Source of the DNA: a virus
Direction: 5' to 3' (one strand)
DNA: 54,165 nucleotides
IMG/VR virus record: IMGVR_UViG_3300045988_087855
The notes beneath the pieces were generated by a model, which had not been told where the DNA came from, searched no databases, and saw only the letters and a list, made by a program, of their open reading frames with translations. This document shows positions 25,204 to 34,945 of this stretch, one piece after another; the first letter of the stretch is position 1; every line of letters begins with the position of its first letter. The position numbers were made by a program, and so were the translations under genes.

Positions 25204-25770
25204 ATGAACCGCATGTTCAAGCACACGGACGCAGACCGACCTGATCCTATCGTCTTCGAGACCATCGTCACGGAGAAGCCTGGAGGCGGTCTCGTCAAGA
25301 ACCCTGAGTTCGACTTGCACAAGGGTCTCGCAATGGGACAGGACGCAAGCGGACTCTTTGTCCCAATCAAGGGATACCGCCTCATTACAGAGGTAAAGAC
25401 AGCTGACACCACTATCAAGATAGCCAAGGGCAGTGGTATCAAGAAAGGAGACGTTATCGCCCATGGCAAGGTAGGTGTCGCCTGCACCAAGGTGGACACC
25501 GAAACCAGCCAGGACTATGACGTGGTGACCGTCACCTTGGGCGTGGCTATCGCCCAGGACACCGTCCTCTTCCAAGCAGCCGAGGCAGCGGACGGAAGCT
25601 CAGCAACGGCTGCGCCAATCCACAAGCCCGAATACATCCTCGGCACATTCGTCAAGGCTGGAGAGGGCGACTTTGAGGCTCGACTGATTCGAGGCGCAAG
25701 CCTCCGAAAGGAGACAGCACCTGTCGCAGCAGAGGTCGTGGATTTGATGAAGGGCATCACGCTCGATTAA
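25204..25770 (+). CDS. head decoration / accessory capsid protein (putative)
   Basis: 188-aa ORF directly before the major capsid gene. Confidence 0.4.
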   Translation: MNRMFKHTDADRPDPIVFETIVTEKPGGGLVKNPEFDLHKGLAMGQDASGLFVPIKGYRLITEVKTADTTIKIAKGSGIKKGDVIAHGKVGVACTKVDTETSQDYDVVTVTLGVAIAQDTVLFQAAEAADGSSATAAPIHKPEYILGTFVKAGEGDFEARLIRGASLRKETAPVAAEVVDLMKGITLD

Positions 25771-25799
25771 TTCATTAACAAAAAAGGAGACAAGAATCA

Positions 25800-26963
25800 A
25801 TGGAATCACCATTATTTGACATTGACATACCTGGAATGCAGGCGACCGTCAACAAGTTCCAACCAGGAACAGGTCTCGCATGGGCTGCACTCTTCCCACT
25901 CAAGTACACCCGAAAGTTTGACTTGAAGGGCTTGGAGGGAGACGAGGGCATCCCTGTGGCAGCGGACAGAGTCGCATTCAACACCAAGGCTCCAAAGAAG
26001 ACACGCCAGAAGGTCGGCACCTGGAGCGGCAAACTTAGCAAGTACGCAGTCAGCCGTGACAAGGACGAGGTAGAGATTAACGAATACCTCGACGCACAGA
26101 CCCTCGCAAACACAGCAACCGAGAACCAGCAAGAGAAGCAGGAACTCGTTAACTTGGTTTACGATGACGTGACCTTTGTCCGCAAGGCGATGGACTACAA
26201 GGTGGAGCTGGACTGCATGAGAATCGCATCCAGCGGTGTGCAGACATTCCCAGCGAAGATTGAGGGCGACATGGCGACACAGGACACCATCGACTTCAAT
26301 GTTCCTAAAGCCAACTTCATCGGAGTATCAATCTCCAACAAGAAGAGCAAGGACGGCAAGACAACCATCGAGGCGGTAACCTGGGATGACGAAGAGAACG
26401 CAGACGGACTCCTCGACCTCGCCAACGCACAAGACATGATAGCAAAGCAGGGACTCACCAAGCCACGCTATGCATTCATGGAGAAGTCCAAGTTCAACCA
26501 GCTCATCGCACAGAAGAAGACCGCCAAGCGACTCTACCCACAGGTGAACGACCTATCGATGATTACAGCCGACATGATTACGCTGGAGAAAATCAACGCC
26601 TACAACGAGAACCCATCGAGAGGCTATCCACACATCATCATCCTCGACACCTATGTAACCATCGAGCATAAGGACGCAAGCCGTGAGACCATCAAGCCAT
26701 GGAACGTGAACGTGGTGACACTTTCGCCAACCCAGCAGCTCGGATGGACTTATTACAAGAACGTACCTATGGTTCAGAACACCTCGGCTTTGCAGGTTTA
26801 CGGAGCTTTCTTCAAGGTCACCCGATACAGCGAGGTGAACCCTCAGTCGGAGACCACGCTGGCAGAGGCATACGTGCAGCCTGCGCTCATCAACCGCAAG
26901 TCCCTTGTTTTCCTCAACACGGCAAACAAGACCTGGGCAGATGGCGAGGCAGCGACAGTCTAA
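25800..26963 (+). CDS. major capsid protein (gpE-like)
   Basis: 387 aa. Assigned from position, size, and an N-terminus that resembles the lambda gpE family. Confidence 0.7.
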   Translation: MESPLFDIDIPGMQATVNKFQPGTGLAWAALFPLKYTRKFDLKGLEGDEGIPVAADRVAFNTKAPKKTRQKVGTWSGKLSKYAVSRDKDEVEINEYLDAQTLANTATENQQEKQELVNLVYDDVTFVRKAMDYKVELDCMRIASSGVQTFPAKIEGDMATQDTIDFNVPKANFIGVSISNKKSKDGKTTIEAVTWDDEENADGLLDLANAQDMIAKQGLTKPRYAFMEKSKFNQLIAQKKTAKRLYPQVNDLSMITADMITLEKINAYNENPSRGYPHIIILDTYVTIEHKDASRETIKPWNVNVVTLSPTQQLGWTYYKNVPMVQNTSALQVYGAFFKVTRYSEVNPQSETTLAEAYVQPALINRKSLVFLNTANKTWADGEAATV

Positions 26964-26982
26964 CCCGTAACAGAGAGACAGC

Positions 26983-27309
26983 ATGAAGACAAGACACGCA
27001 ATCAAGGCAATGAGCAGCTACCCCATACCAGCCGCAACGATTGACAACATCATCGACGAGGCAGGGCTGGACGCAGAGGCTGAAATCACCAAGAAAATGA
27101 GAGCGAGCAACGAGTTCAAGAAGGCGAAGGCACTGACCTACGCCTTCCTTGCCGAAGCACCGAACATCACCCAGGGTGGAATCAGCTACACGTTCAGCGA
27201 GGACGAACGCTCACGATTCGCCAAGAAATCGAACAGCCTGCTCGCAGAGCTGGGAGAGGACGAGGCAGGAACCGACGTTCAATGCGGCTACATCGGGGAG
27301 GATTTCTGA
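26983..27309 (+). CDS. head-tail connector protein (putative)
   Basis: 108-aa ORF, assigned by position. Confidence 0.45.
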   Translation: MKTRHAIKAMSSYPIPAATIDNIIDEAGLDAEAEITKKMRASNEFKKAKALTYAFLAEAPNITQGGISYTFSEDERSRFAKKSNSLLAELGEDEAGTDVQCGYIGEDF

Positions 27310-27623
27310 TGATTATTCAAAATGGCTTTCTTTTCATTATCGATACCACCAAGGGGGGAATGCTTCACGGCATCCCCCAGAAGGTGGACAAAACCAAGGG
27401 AGAACCAATCCCTTGCAACATATCGAAGAACAAGAGCGACCACCAAGGCACATACCAGGACGGCAAGTTCACGCAATTTGCAGCCAAGGTACTAATCGAA
27501 CCGCAGGACTTCACCGCCAAAAGAGTGAGGCTAACCGACAACCGAGGCACAGACCTCGGAGAGTTCGAGGTGCAGGACATCACCTATCTCGAAGCTGTGG
27601 ACGCATTGCAGATAACCGTCTGA
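27309..27623 (+). CDS. head-tail joining protein (putative)
   Basis: ATG at 27309 (TGATG overlap) within ORF 27282-27623. Confidence 0.45.
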   Translation: MIIQNGFLFIIDTTKGGMLHGIPQKVDKTKGEPIPCNISKNKSDHQGTYQDGKFTQFAAKVLIEPQDFTAKRVRLTDNRGTDLGEFEVQDITYLEAVDALQITV

Positions 27624-27636
27624 GGAGAATAAGACC

Positions 27637-28095
27637 ATGCCTATAAAACCCAACTTCACGGCAAACGACATCCGCAACAGGATGAACCAGGAGATACAGC
27701 GAAGGAGACTGGCACTAATAGCCCAGCTTTTCTACATCGGGGAGGAATGCCTGACCCAGGCGAGAAGCGGACACAAGTACTTGAACCAAACAGGAAACCT
27801 TTGCAGTTCCATAGGTTACTGCATCCTCGACAATGGCAATATTATACACGAGGGAGAATGGCAAGCCGTGGCTGGAGACAAGGGCGACGGAACGGAGGGA
27901 GCCAAGCAAGGCGTGGCTTTTCTTCATGATCTGGCAAGCAAGCAACCAACGAAAGGCATCGTTTTTCTTATGGTGGCAGGAATGCCATACGCCCAATACG
28001 TCGAAGCTATGAGCCTCGACGTTCTCGATACAAGCGAGCAGATGGCGCAAGCCAAAATCAAGGCGATGCTCAACCGATTATTCAAGGCAACTTAA
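27637..28095 (+). CDS. head-tail joining / neck protein (putative)
   Basis: 152-aa ORF, assigned by position. Confidence 0.45.
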   Translation: MPIKPNFTANDIRNRMNQEIQRRRLALIAQLFYIGEECLTQARSGHKYLNQTGNLCSSIGYCILDNGNIIHEGEWQAVAGDKGDGTEGAKQGVAFLHDLASKQPTKGIVFLMVAGMPYAQYVEAMSLDVLDTSEQMAQAKIKAMLNRLFKAT

Positions 28096-28097
28096 CT

Positions 28098-28508
28098 ATG
28101 GCAAGAGGAACGACACAAATCGAATTGGAGATGTATGCAGCTCTCGAGGAACTGATGGGAGGTATGATAACAGGGACATTCTACCCCAGCGACCTGCGAC
28201 CACTCGATGCGAACACCGAGGACGCAGTCCTTACCGTCTCCAACGTAACGGCAGCGCAAATCCAGGAAGGCAGGGCACGGCTCAATATTTACGTACCCGA
28301 CATCGACAACGGAGGGACGAGCCTCGTCCCCGACAAGGCAAGGTTGATGGAGCTGGAGAAGATGACCGACAAGGTGGTCGAGACACTTAATGAAGCCGAC
28401 ACCGCCTACATTTTCGATTTGTTTCAAGCTACGGCAACGATTGCCGTGCCAGGGAAGAGTGAGCATTTTTTGAACATCGGCATTCATTTTAAGTTAGCAA
28501 ACATTTAA
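28098..28508 (+). CDS. tail completion/terminator protein (putative)
   Basis: 136-aa ORF, assigned by position. Confidence 0.45.
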   Translation: MARGTTQIELEMYAALEELMGGMITGTFYPSDLRPLDANTEDAVLTVSNVTAAQIQEGRARLNIYVPDIDNGGTSLVPDKARLMELEKMTDKVVETLNEADTAYIFDLFQATATIAVPGKSEHFLNIGIHFKLANI

Positions 28509-28529
28509 AATAACAAGGAGAAACAAGAC

Positions 28530-29075
28530 ATGGCAGACACCAACCGAAAGATTATCATGTCATGGGGAAAGTGCAAAGTCGAGTTTGGAGACACAGGTGA
28601 GAACGATGCATTTGCAACAGAACTCACCGATGTCGGTGTCATCAAAGACCAAAGCACCGAACTCTCAGCCAGCGATGGAGACCAGCTCCAGATGAAGGCT
28701 ACAGGTGGGGAGGTCGTGGCACAGGAAGACAACGAAGGCACGCTCCAGCTCGTGACAACCGTCATCGAGCCGACACCTGAACTTTACGAGAGACTCGGCA
28801 TCGCAGACAAGGAAGCTGATGGCGAGCAGAAGGTGAAGACCCACATCGTGCCAGGCGACAAGTGTCTGAAGGTTACACCACACAACAAGGGAGCGAGAGG
28901 AATCAAGGCTCCGCTTTGCCGCATCAAGGTAGCACCAGCCCTTGACGAACAGAATGGTAACGCCCTCACCCTCACGTACAACATCTTCAAGACAACAGGT
29001 GTGGCACCAAATGAAAAAGGAGAAGACCAGAACTACTGGTACTCCCGATTCAAGACTACGGAGGCTTTGAAATAA
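28530..29075 (+). CDS. major tail protein (putative)
   Basis: 181 aa with AGGAGA upstream. It immediately precedes the chaperone and tape-measure genes, and no sheath gene is present. Confidence 0.6.
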   Translation: MADTNRKIIMSWGKCKVEFGDTGENDAFATELTDVGVIKDQSTELSASDGDQLQMKATGGEVVAQEDNEGTLQLVTTVIEPTPELYERLGIADKEADGEQKVKTHIVPGDKCLKVTPHNKGARGIKAPLCRIKVAPALDEQNGNALTLTYNIFKTTGVAPNEKGEDQNYWYSRFKTTEALK

Positions 29076-29147
29076 TCCCATATTCCAAACCAAGGGCAGG
29101 AGGAAAGCGCAAAGCCACCCTCCTGCCCTTTCATATTCAAGAGAGCT

Positions 29148-29690
29148 ATGGACAAAGAACAAAAGACATTGGAACAGCAGGTGGTGGACACCATCCTCCA
29201 GCGCAAGACAACATCGCTGGAGATAGACGGACGCACCTACGAGATACCAGCACCGACACCAGCCACGCTCATGATGGTCAGCGAGGAAACCTACAACATG
29301 CCCGATATCAACCAAGCCCCGAAGAGCATCCTCAACGAGACCCTGCGAACCGCCAGGGACTGCAAGGCATTGGGCAGGATAGCCGCCATCTTGGTACTCG
29401 GAGCCAAGCGCATAAGGGAGAACCACAGGGTGAAGATTTCCCAGATCAAGAAATGGAGCTGGCGCAAGTTCCGATTCATCACAGAGGCGAAGACACAGAG
29501 CGAGGTGGACTACATCGCAGACCGAATCCTCGAGGAACTATCCCCACAGACGCTGAACGAGGCGATAACCAAACGGCTGCTGGAGATGCAAGTGGGCGAT
29601 TTTTTCGGTCTTACCACTTCCCTAAGCGCAACAAACATTCTAAGGGCAACAAAGGAAGTGGAACAGACAGCCCCTGGGCAATCATCATAG
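29148..29690 (+). CDS. tail assembly chaperone (G-like, short product)
   Basis: 180-aa ORF directly upstream of the tape measure gene. It contains the slippery heptamer. Confidence 0.65.
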   Translation: MDKEQKTLEQQVVDTILQRKTTSLEIDGRTYEIPAPTPATLMMVSEETYNMPDINQAPKSILNETLRTARDCKALGRIAAILVLGAKRIRENHRVKISQIKKWSWRKFRFITEAKTQSEVDYIADRILEELSPQTLNEAITKRLLEMQVGDFFGLTTSLSATNILRATKEVEQTAPGQSS

Positions 29691-29902
29691 GCTGGGCGAA
29701 GAACCTCGGAGTGACAACGGAACAGGTTCTATACGACTACAGCTGGACGAACCTCACCCTTTACTCAGCAGCGACCCCACAATTCGATGACGAGGACACC
29801 AAGGCAGGAGGCAAGGAATGGGACGAGTCCAAGGACGCAAACAACCCCGACAATTTCAACGACAAGGACGATGAGGAAGAAACCATCGTAAGGAGCATTT
29901 AA
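29148..29902 (+). CDS. tail assembly chaperone, -1 frameshift fusion product (GT-like)
   Basis: A slip at 29600-29606 joins frame 0 to frame 2 (...WAIIIGWAKNLGVTTEQVLYDYSWTNLTLY...). The fusion ends 4 nt before the tape measure ATG. Confidence 0.55.
29600..29606 (+). promoter_or_regulatory. -1 programmed ribosomal frameshift site T TTT TTC
   Basis: An X XXY YYZ heptamer in the zero frame of 29148-29690 (GAT TTT TTC). The -1 frame is open from here to 29902. Confidence 0.6.
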
Positions 29903-29905
29903 AAA

Positions 29906-32900
29906 ATGGCAGATTTCGACAACGGAAGAGAAGGATTCTCGATAGGCATAGACGATTCACAATTGCAGAGCGACGCTGAGAAGGTCGTCCAGCAATTCCA
30001 ATCCATCGGCAGGATTGCCACCGAGATAGGACAGAAAATAGACTCTGCATTCGGCAGCGTCAGCACGGAGAGCCTACGGCACGAGACGGAGGAAGCGACC
30101 GACAAAATCAAGGAGATGGGAGACACCACCAAATCCGAGACCGAGAAGATGGACGCAAGCCTCAAGAAGATAGCCGCAGGCGTTACTGCGTACTTTTCCA
30201 TTCAGAAGTTAGCCGAGTTCGAGAGCAAGGTCATCAGCATCAGAAGCGAGATGGAGAGCCTGCACGTTTCCTTCAAGAACCTCGCAGGCGAGCAGATGGG
30301 AAACGAGCTATTCGAGCAACTGAAGGAATACGAGCTGCGCACCCCGATGATTATGAACGACCTCGCACAGGGAGCGCAGACAATGCTCGCCTTCAACATA
30401 CCAGTGCAGGAGGTCATGGAGCACTTGAAGGCAATCGGTGATATCTCCATGGGCGACAGCGAGAAGTTCAAGAGCCTCACCCTCGCCTTCTCCCAGATGA
30501 GCGCAACAGGCAAGCTGATGGGACAGGACTTGCTGCAGATGATTAACGCAGGATTCAACCCATTGCAGGTTATCAGCGAGAAGACAGGCAAGAGCATCGG
30601 TGAGCTGAAGGACGAGATGTCCAAGGGAGCCATCAGCACCAAGATGGTGCAGGATGCGTTCCACGCAGCCGCCAGCGAGGGAGGTCAGTTCAACGGAATG
30701 CTGGAGCAGCAGAGCAAGACAATGAAGGGTGCGCTCTCCAACCTGGAGGGAGCATGGCAGTACATGCTCAACGACATAGGCGAGGCACAGGAAGGCTTCA
30801 TCGTTGACAGCATCGACGCAGCGCAGAAGCTCATCGCCAACTACAAGCAGGTGGGACAAATCATCATGGGCTTAATCACCACCTACGGAACATACAGGGC
30901 TGCGGTCATGGTGGCGACCGTGGCAGAGAAAGGACACAGCATCACAATGATTGCAGCAAGGGCGCAAATCCTGCTCACGCAGAAGGCACAAGCCTTGCTC
31001 AACGCAACGATGCTATCCAACCCATACGTGGCAGCAGCCACGGCACTCGGAGTGCTCATCGGAACATTGGTAGCCTGCCAGGACGGACTGACCGCTGACG
31101 AGAGAGCACAGAAATCATTCAACGAAGAAATCGAGGCAGGCAAGCAGAAACAGGAGGAATACAACCAGGAAACAGAAACCGCCATAGAGAACGCCCAAAA
31201 GGACGGAACCGCCACAAATGACAGACGCAAGGCACTGAACCTCCTCATACAGCGATACCCTGCCATCATAAGAAAATACATTGACGAAGAGGGACACCTA
31301 AAAAACATCGTCAAGCTAAAGCGAGAAATCGCAGAGATAGATGGACAGAAAACAATAAATGGCTACAACCAGCAAGCGTCGCTCAACGAGCGATATGCAG
31401 CCATACTGCAAATGGCACAAAGGAGACAACTCCAAAACATAGGCAGCACGAAGAATCCATTCACAGAGCAAGAAAGAAAACAAATCGATGAAGCCAAGGA
31501 ATACTACTACAAGCAGAACGGATGGACGAGCCGAATAACAGCGAGTCTATCCGACATGATAGGCTTCTACCAGGGCAAGGGACGCAGCTACCGCCAACAG
31601 GCTGGGAAGACTGCCACCACCCAACAAGCCAATAAGCTCGCAGAGGGATTCAAGAATCTAAACAACACCCAGCTCAACAACCTCATCAAACAGCTGGAGA
31701 AAGGCAAGGCAACAGGCAAGAACGTCACGTTCAAAATGAAGGGATTCGGAAACTACGCCTACAGCCAAAGCGACATATTGAGCATGCTCACAACCGCCCA
31801 GGGTATCAAGACAGCCAGGGGCAAGAGCAAGAAGACATACAACGCCAGCGACTGGGACAAACAAGCCAAGGACGCACAGGCGAAACTCGACGAAATGGGA
31901 GATGACAAGAAGGGAACCAAGGAGTGGAAGGCGCAAGAAGACCTAATCAAAGAAGCGCAGGAACACAAGGCATCCCGACAAGTCTCCACCCACCAACAGA
32001 GAACATCAGCCGCCAAGAAGCAACAAACCGAAGCCGAGAAAGCCGCCAAGGAGCAAGCCAAGGCAGACGAGAAGAAGGCAGAGGAAAACTACAAGTACGA
32101 GCAGCAGAGCACCCAGCAGAAGACCGACAACGAGCTACTGCAGGCACAAGCCATCGTGGATGCGATGAAGGAAGGCGAGGCTAAGAAACTCGCCCAGCTC
32201 GACATCAACTACAAGAAGGAGCAGGATGCGCTCGACAAGGAAGAGAAGGCATTGCTCCAAGCCAAGATAGACCATGCAAAGACCTTGTGGGAGGCAGACC
32301 CGAAGAACGAGAAACGAGGGTTCTATGCCACAGGGCAGCAGAAGAACATAAAGCTGACAGACGAGGAAAAGGCTGGAATCACAGCCAAGCGCACCTCGCT
32401 CGACAGCAACACCGCACAACAGAGGGACGACCTGATCAAGGCATTGCTCGAGAAATACGATGACGAGAACGAGAAAGCAGAGAAGACCCGAAAGGCAATC
32501 ACGGACGATATCGCCCAGCTGACAAAACTGAGGGACGAAGCAGCCAAGCTCGGAGACAAAGACCTCGTCCAGCGTTACGAACACAAGCGAGAGCAGGCAA
32601 CGAAAGCCCTCGAAGAGAACATACAAAGCGTTTACCTTGAGGAACTGAAGAAGTCCATCGATTGGGACTCGGTCTTCAACAACCTCGACAAGCAGACAAC
32701 GCAGCAGCTAAAGGACACCCGAAACAAGCTCCTCGCCTACAAGGGAAGCACAGAATACAAGAACGCCACCCCAGAGAACAAGAAGGTCGTGGAGACCGCC
32801 ATAGGGCAGCTCAATGACGCAATCATCAAGGGAAGCGGCATATTCGGCAACCTCGCAGAGAACTGCAAGGCATACGAGGAAGCGAGCCAAAGATACACCG

Positions 32901-34471
32901 ATGCCTTGAAAGAACTGAACATCGCACTCTCCGAGTTCAGCGACATCGAGGACAGCGATGCATCCGACGAAGCCAAGGAGAAGGCTAAGAAGCGAGTGGA
33001 TGAAGCTCAGAAGAAGGCTGACGATGCCAAGAAGGACAAGGACACCACCAAGGTGAACCGAGACAAGTCTATCAACACGACAACAAACAATATCATAAGC
33101 CTCTCCAACGCAATAACCCTGCTCGGAAGCACCAGCGAGATGAGCCTTTCAGAACTTGGCAGTGTCGCAAGCAATGTCGCAAACGTATTCGGAGAAGCTG
33201 GCTCGAAGATAGGAGGCATCATCGGTGCCATTCTTTCATTGCTTGATGCGATACAGAAGCAGGGACTCTTCAAGTTCATCGGCAACATTTTCTCCTCTGT
33301 TTTCGGAGCGGTCGGTGGAATTTTCCGAAGCCTCACAGGAAGCAAGCTATTCGGTACCGACACCAGCGTTGAAGACACGATAAACGACCTCACCCAATCC
33401 AACAAGGATCTGGAGTCTGCGGTGGACAGGCTGACCGAGATAATGAAGGACAAGGCAGGACAGGAAGCAACCGACACCTACCAAAGGGCGAAGAAGAACC
33501 TGGAGGATGCAGAGTCCAACAAGCAACAGATTCTGAAAGCGGCAGCAGGAGCATACAGCAACGGATTTGCAGGCATCGGTGGACATCACTCCGCCAACAA
33601 GAAAATCAACGACTCCATGAGCGCATCCGATTGGGCGAGGATTAGCCAAATCACAGGAGTGACCGTCCGAGGTGCTGGTGACTTTTGGAACCTTACCAGC
33701 GAGCAGATGGCGAAGGTGGCTGACGAGGCGACCGACCTCTGGTCTAAAATCAAGAACGCAGGAGGATACAAGAACGTGTCCAGCGACATGGACGAGTACA
33801 TCGAGTACTACAAGAAGCTCATCGACTTGCAGAACGACTACAATGAGGCGGTCACGAACCTATCGTTCGACAGCGCAAAGGATGGATTGAAGGAACTGCT
33901 GAAGGACACCACCAAGGGCTTAAAGGACGCAACCAAGCAGGTAAAGGAGTACATGGAGGAAGCAATCCTCAACTACATAACCAAGACGGCACTCGCCCAG
34001 GACATGCAGGACTGGTACAAGCAATTCGCTGACGCAATGGCTGACGGCACACTCGACCAAACCGAGAAGAACGCCTTGCAGAAAAAATACGAGGAAACCT
34101 ACCGCAAGGGAGAGCAGCAGAGGGACAACATGTACGCAGCGGCTGGAATCGACCCATCGGAAGACTACAACCAAAGCAGCACCAGCGCAAGCCTCAGTGG
34201 AATGACGCAAGACCAGGGCGAGGAAATGAACGGAAGGCTCACCAGCATACAGGTTGGAGTTACCACCATTTCGGAAGCCATCCAGCAGCAGGCGATGAAC
34301 AACGCAAGCATCGCACTGAGCGCATCGGCAATCAGAACCAACATGGACGACATGATGGAGATGCAGGTGCAGGCGGTCGGACACTTGGAGAAGATAGAGC
34401 GATACACCAGCGAGCTGCCTGCGATGAACCAAAAGCTTGAAAAGATAAGAAAGAACACCGAACACCTTTAA
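29906..34471 (+). CDS. tape measure protein
   Basis: 1521 aa with coiled-coil-rich and hydrophobic central segments, in the canonical position. Confidence 0.9.
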   Translation: MADFDNGREGFSIGIDDSQLQSDAEKVVQQFQSIGRIATEIGQKIDSAFGSVSTESLRHETEEATDKIKEMGDTTKSETEKMDASLKKIAAGVTAYFSIQKLAEFESKVISIRSEMESLHVSFKNLAGEQMGNELFEQLKEYELRTPMIMNDLAQGAQTMLAFNIPVQEVMEHLKAIGDISMGDSEKFKSLTLAFSQMSATGKLMGQDLLQMINAGFNPLQVISEKTGKSIGELKDEMSKGAISTKMVQDAFHAAASEGGQFNGMLEQQSKTMKGALSNLEGAWQYMLNDIGEAQEGFIVDSIDAAQKLIANYKQVGQIIMGLITTYGTYRAAVMVATVAEKGHSITMIAARAQILLTQKAQALLNATMLSNPYVAAATALGVLIGTLVACQDGLTADERAQKSFNEEIEAGKQKQEEYNQETETAIENAQKDGTATNDRRKALNLLIQRYPAIIRKYIDEEGHLKNIVKLKREIAEIDGQKTINGYNQQASLNERYAAILQMAQRRQLQNIGSTKNPFTEQERKQIDEAKEYYYKQNGWTSRITASLSDMIGFYQGKGRSYRQQAGKTATTQQANKLAEGFKNLNNTQLNNLIKQLEKGKATGKNVTFKMKGFGNYAYSQSDILSMLTTAQGIKTARGKSKKTYNASDWDKQAKDAQAKLDEMGDDKKGTKEWKAQEDLIKEAQEHKASRQVSTHQQRTSAAKKQQTEAEKAAKEQAKADEKKAEENYKYEQQSTQQKTDNELLQAQAIVDAMKEGEAKKLAQLDINYKKEQDALDKEEKALLQAKIDHAKTLWEADPKNEKRGFYATGQQKNIKLTDEEKAGITAKRTSLDSNTAQQRDDLIKALLEKYDDENEKAEKTRKAITDDIAQLTKLRDEAAKLGDKDLVQRYEHKREQATKALEENIQSVYLEELKKSIDWDSVFNNLDKQTTQQLKDTRNKLLAYKGSTEYKNATPENKKVVETAIGQLNDAIIKGSGIFGNLAENCKAYEEASQRYTDALKELNIALSEFSDIEDSDASDEAKEKAKKRVDEAQKKADDAKKDKDTTKVNRDKSINTTTNNIISLSNAITLLGSTSEMSLSELGSVASNVANVFGEAGSKIGGIIGAILSLLDAIQKQGLFKFIGNIFSSVFGAVGGIFRSLTGSKLFGTDTSVEDTINDLTQSNKDLESAVDRLTEIMKDKAGQEATDTYQRAKKNLEDAESNKQQILKAAAGAYSNGFAGIGGHHSANKKINDSMSASDWARISQITGVTVRGAGDFWNLTSEQMAKVADEATDLWSKIKNAGGYKNVSSDMDEYIEYYKKLIDLQNDYNEAVTNLSFDSAKDGLKELLKDTTKGLKDATKQVKEYMEEAILNYITKTALAQDMQDWYKQFADAMADGTLDQTEKNALQKKYEETYRKGEQQRDNMYAAAGIDPSEDYNQSSTSASLSGMTQDQGEEMNGRLTSIQVGVTTISEAIQQQAMNNASIALSASAIRTNMDDMMEMQVQAVGHLEKIERYTSELPAMNQKLEKIRKNTEHL

Positions 34472-34486
34472 TAGGAGAAGCGACAA

Positions 34487-34945
34487 ATGAACAGAATCGG
34501 GGAATTATTCATCAACGACATGGACGCATTCGGAATGTGGGGCATTTGCCTAAGCGACTCCTCGCTTTGCACGCTCATCGAGCCAGAGCCACTGAAAGAT
34601 GCGGTCAGCAACAAGGCGACCACCGAGAACGGAAAGCAGGTCATCAAGGAGCAAGCACCAAAGGTGGACGAGAGGGACATGACACTATTCGTCCAGCTTT
34701 ACGCACAGAGCCGAGACGAAATGATGCAGAGGCTGATATCGTTCAAGAAGGAGCTAAAGAAGAGGCGCATCAACATACGCACCAAGTTCGAGCCAGACGT
34801 GGTGTACCGATGCGACTATAAGAACTGTAAGCAATTCAAGTCATACTTCAAGGGAATGGCGACATTCAGCCTGTTACTGAACGAGCCGAACCCAGCCAAC
34901 AGGGGCAAGGAGGATACCGACAATTATGAAGATACAGATTTATAA
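34487..34945 (+). CDS. distal tail component (putative)
   Basis: 152-aa ORF following the tape measure gene. Confidence 0.45.
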   Translation: MNRIGELFINDMDAFGMWGICLSDSSLCTLIEPEPLKDAVSNKATTENGKQVIKEQAPKVDERDMTLFVQLYAQSRDEMMQRLISFKKELKKRRINIRTKFEPDVVYRCDYKNCKQFKSYFKGMATFSLLLNEPNPANRGKEDTDNYEDTDL

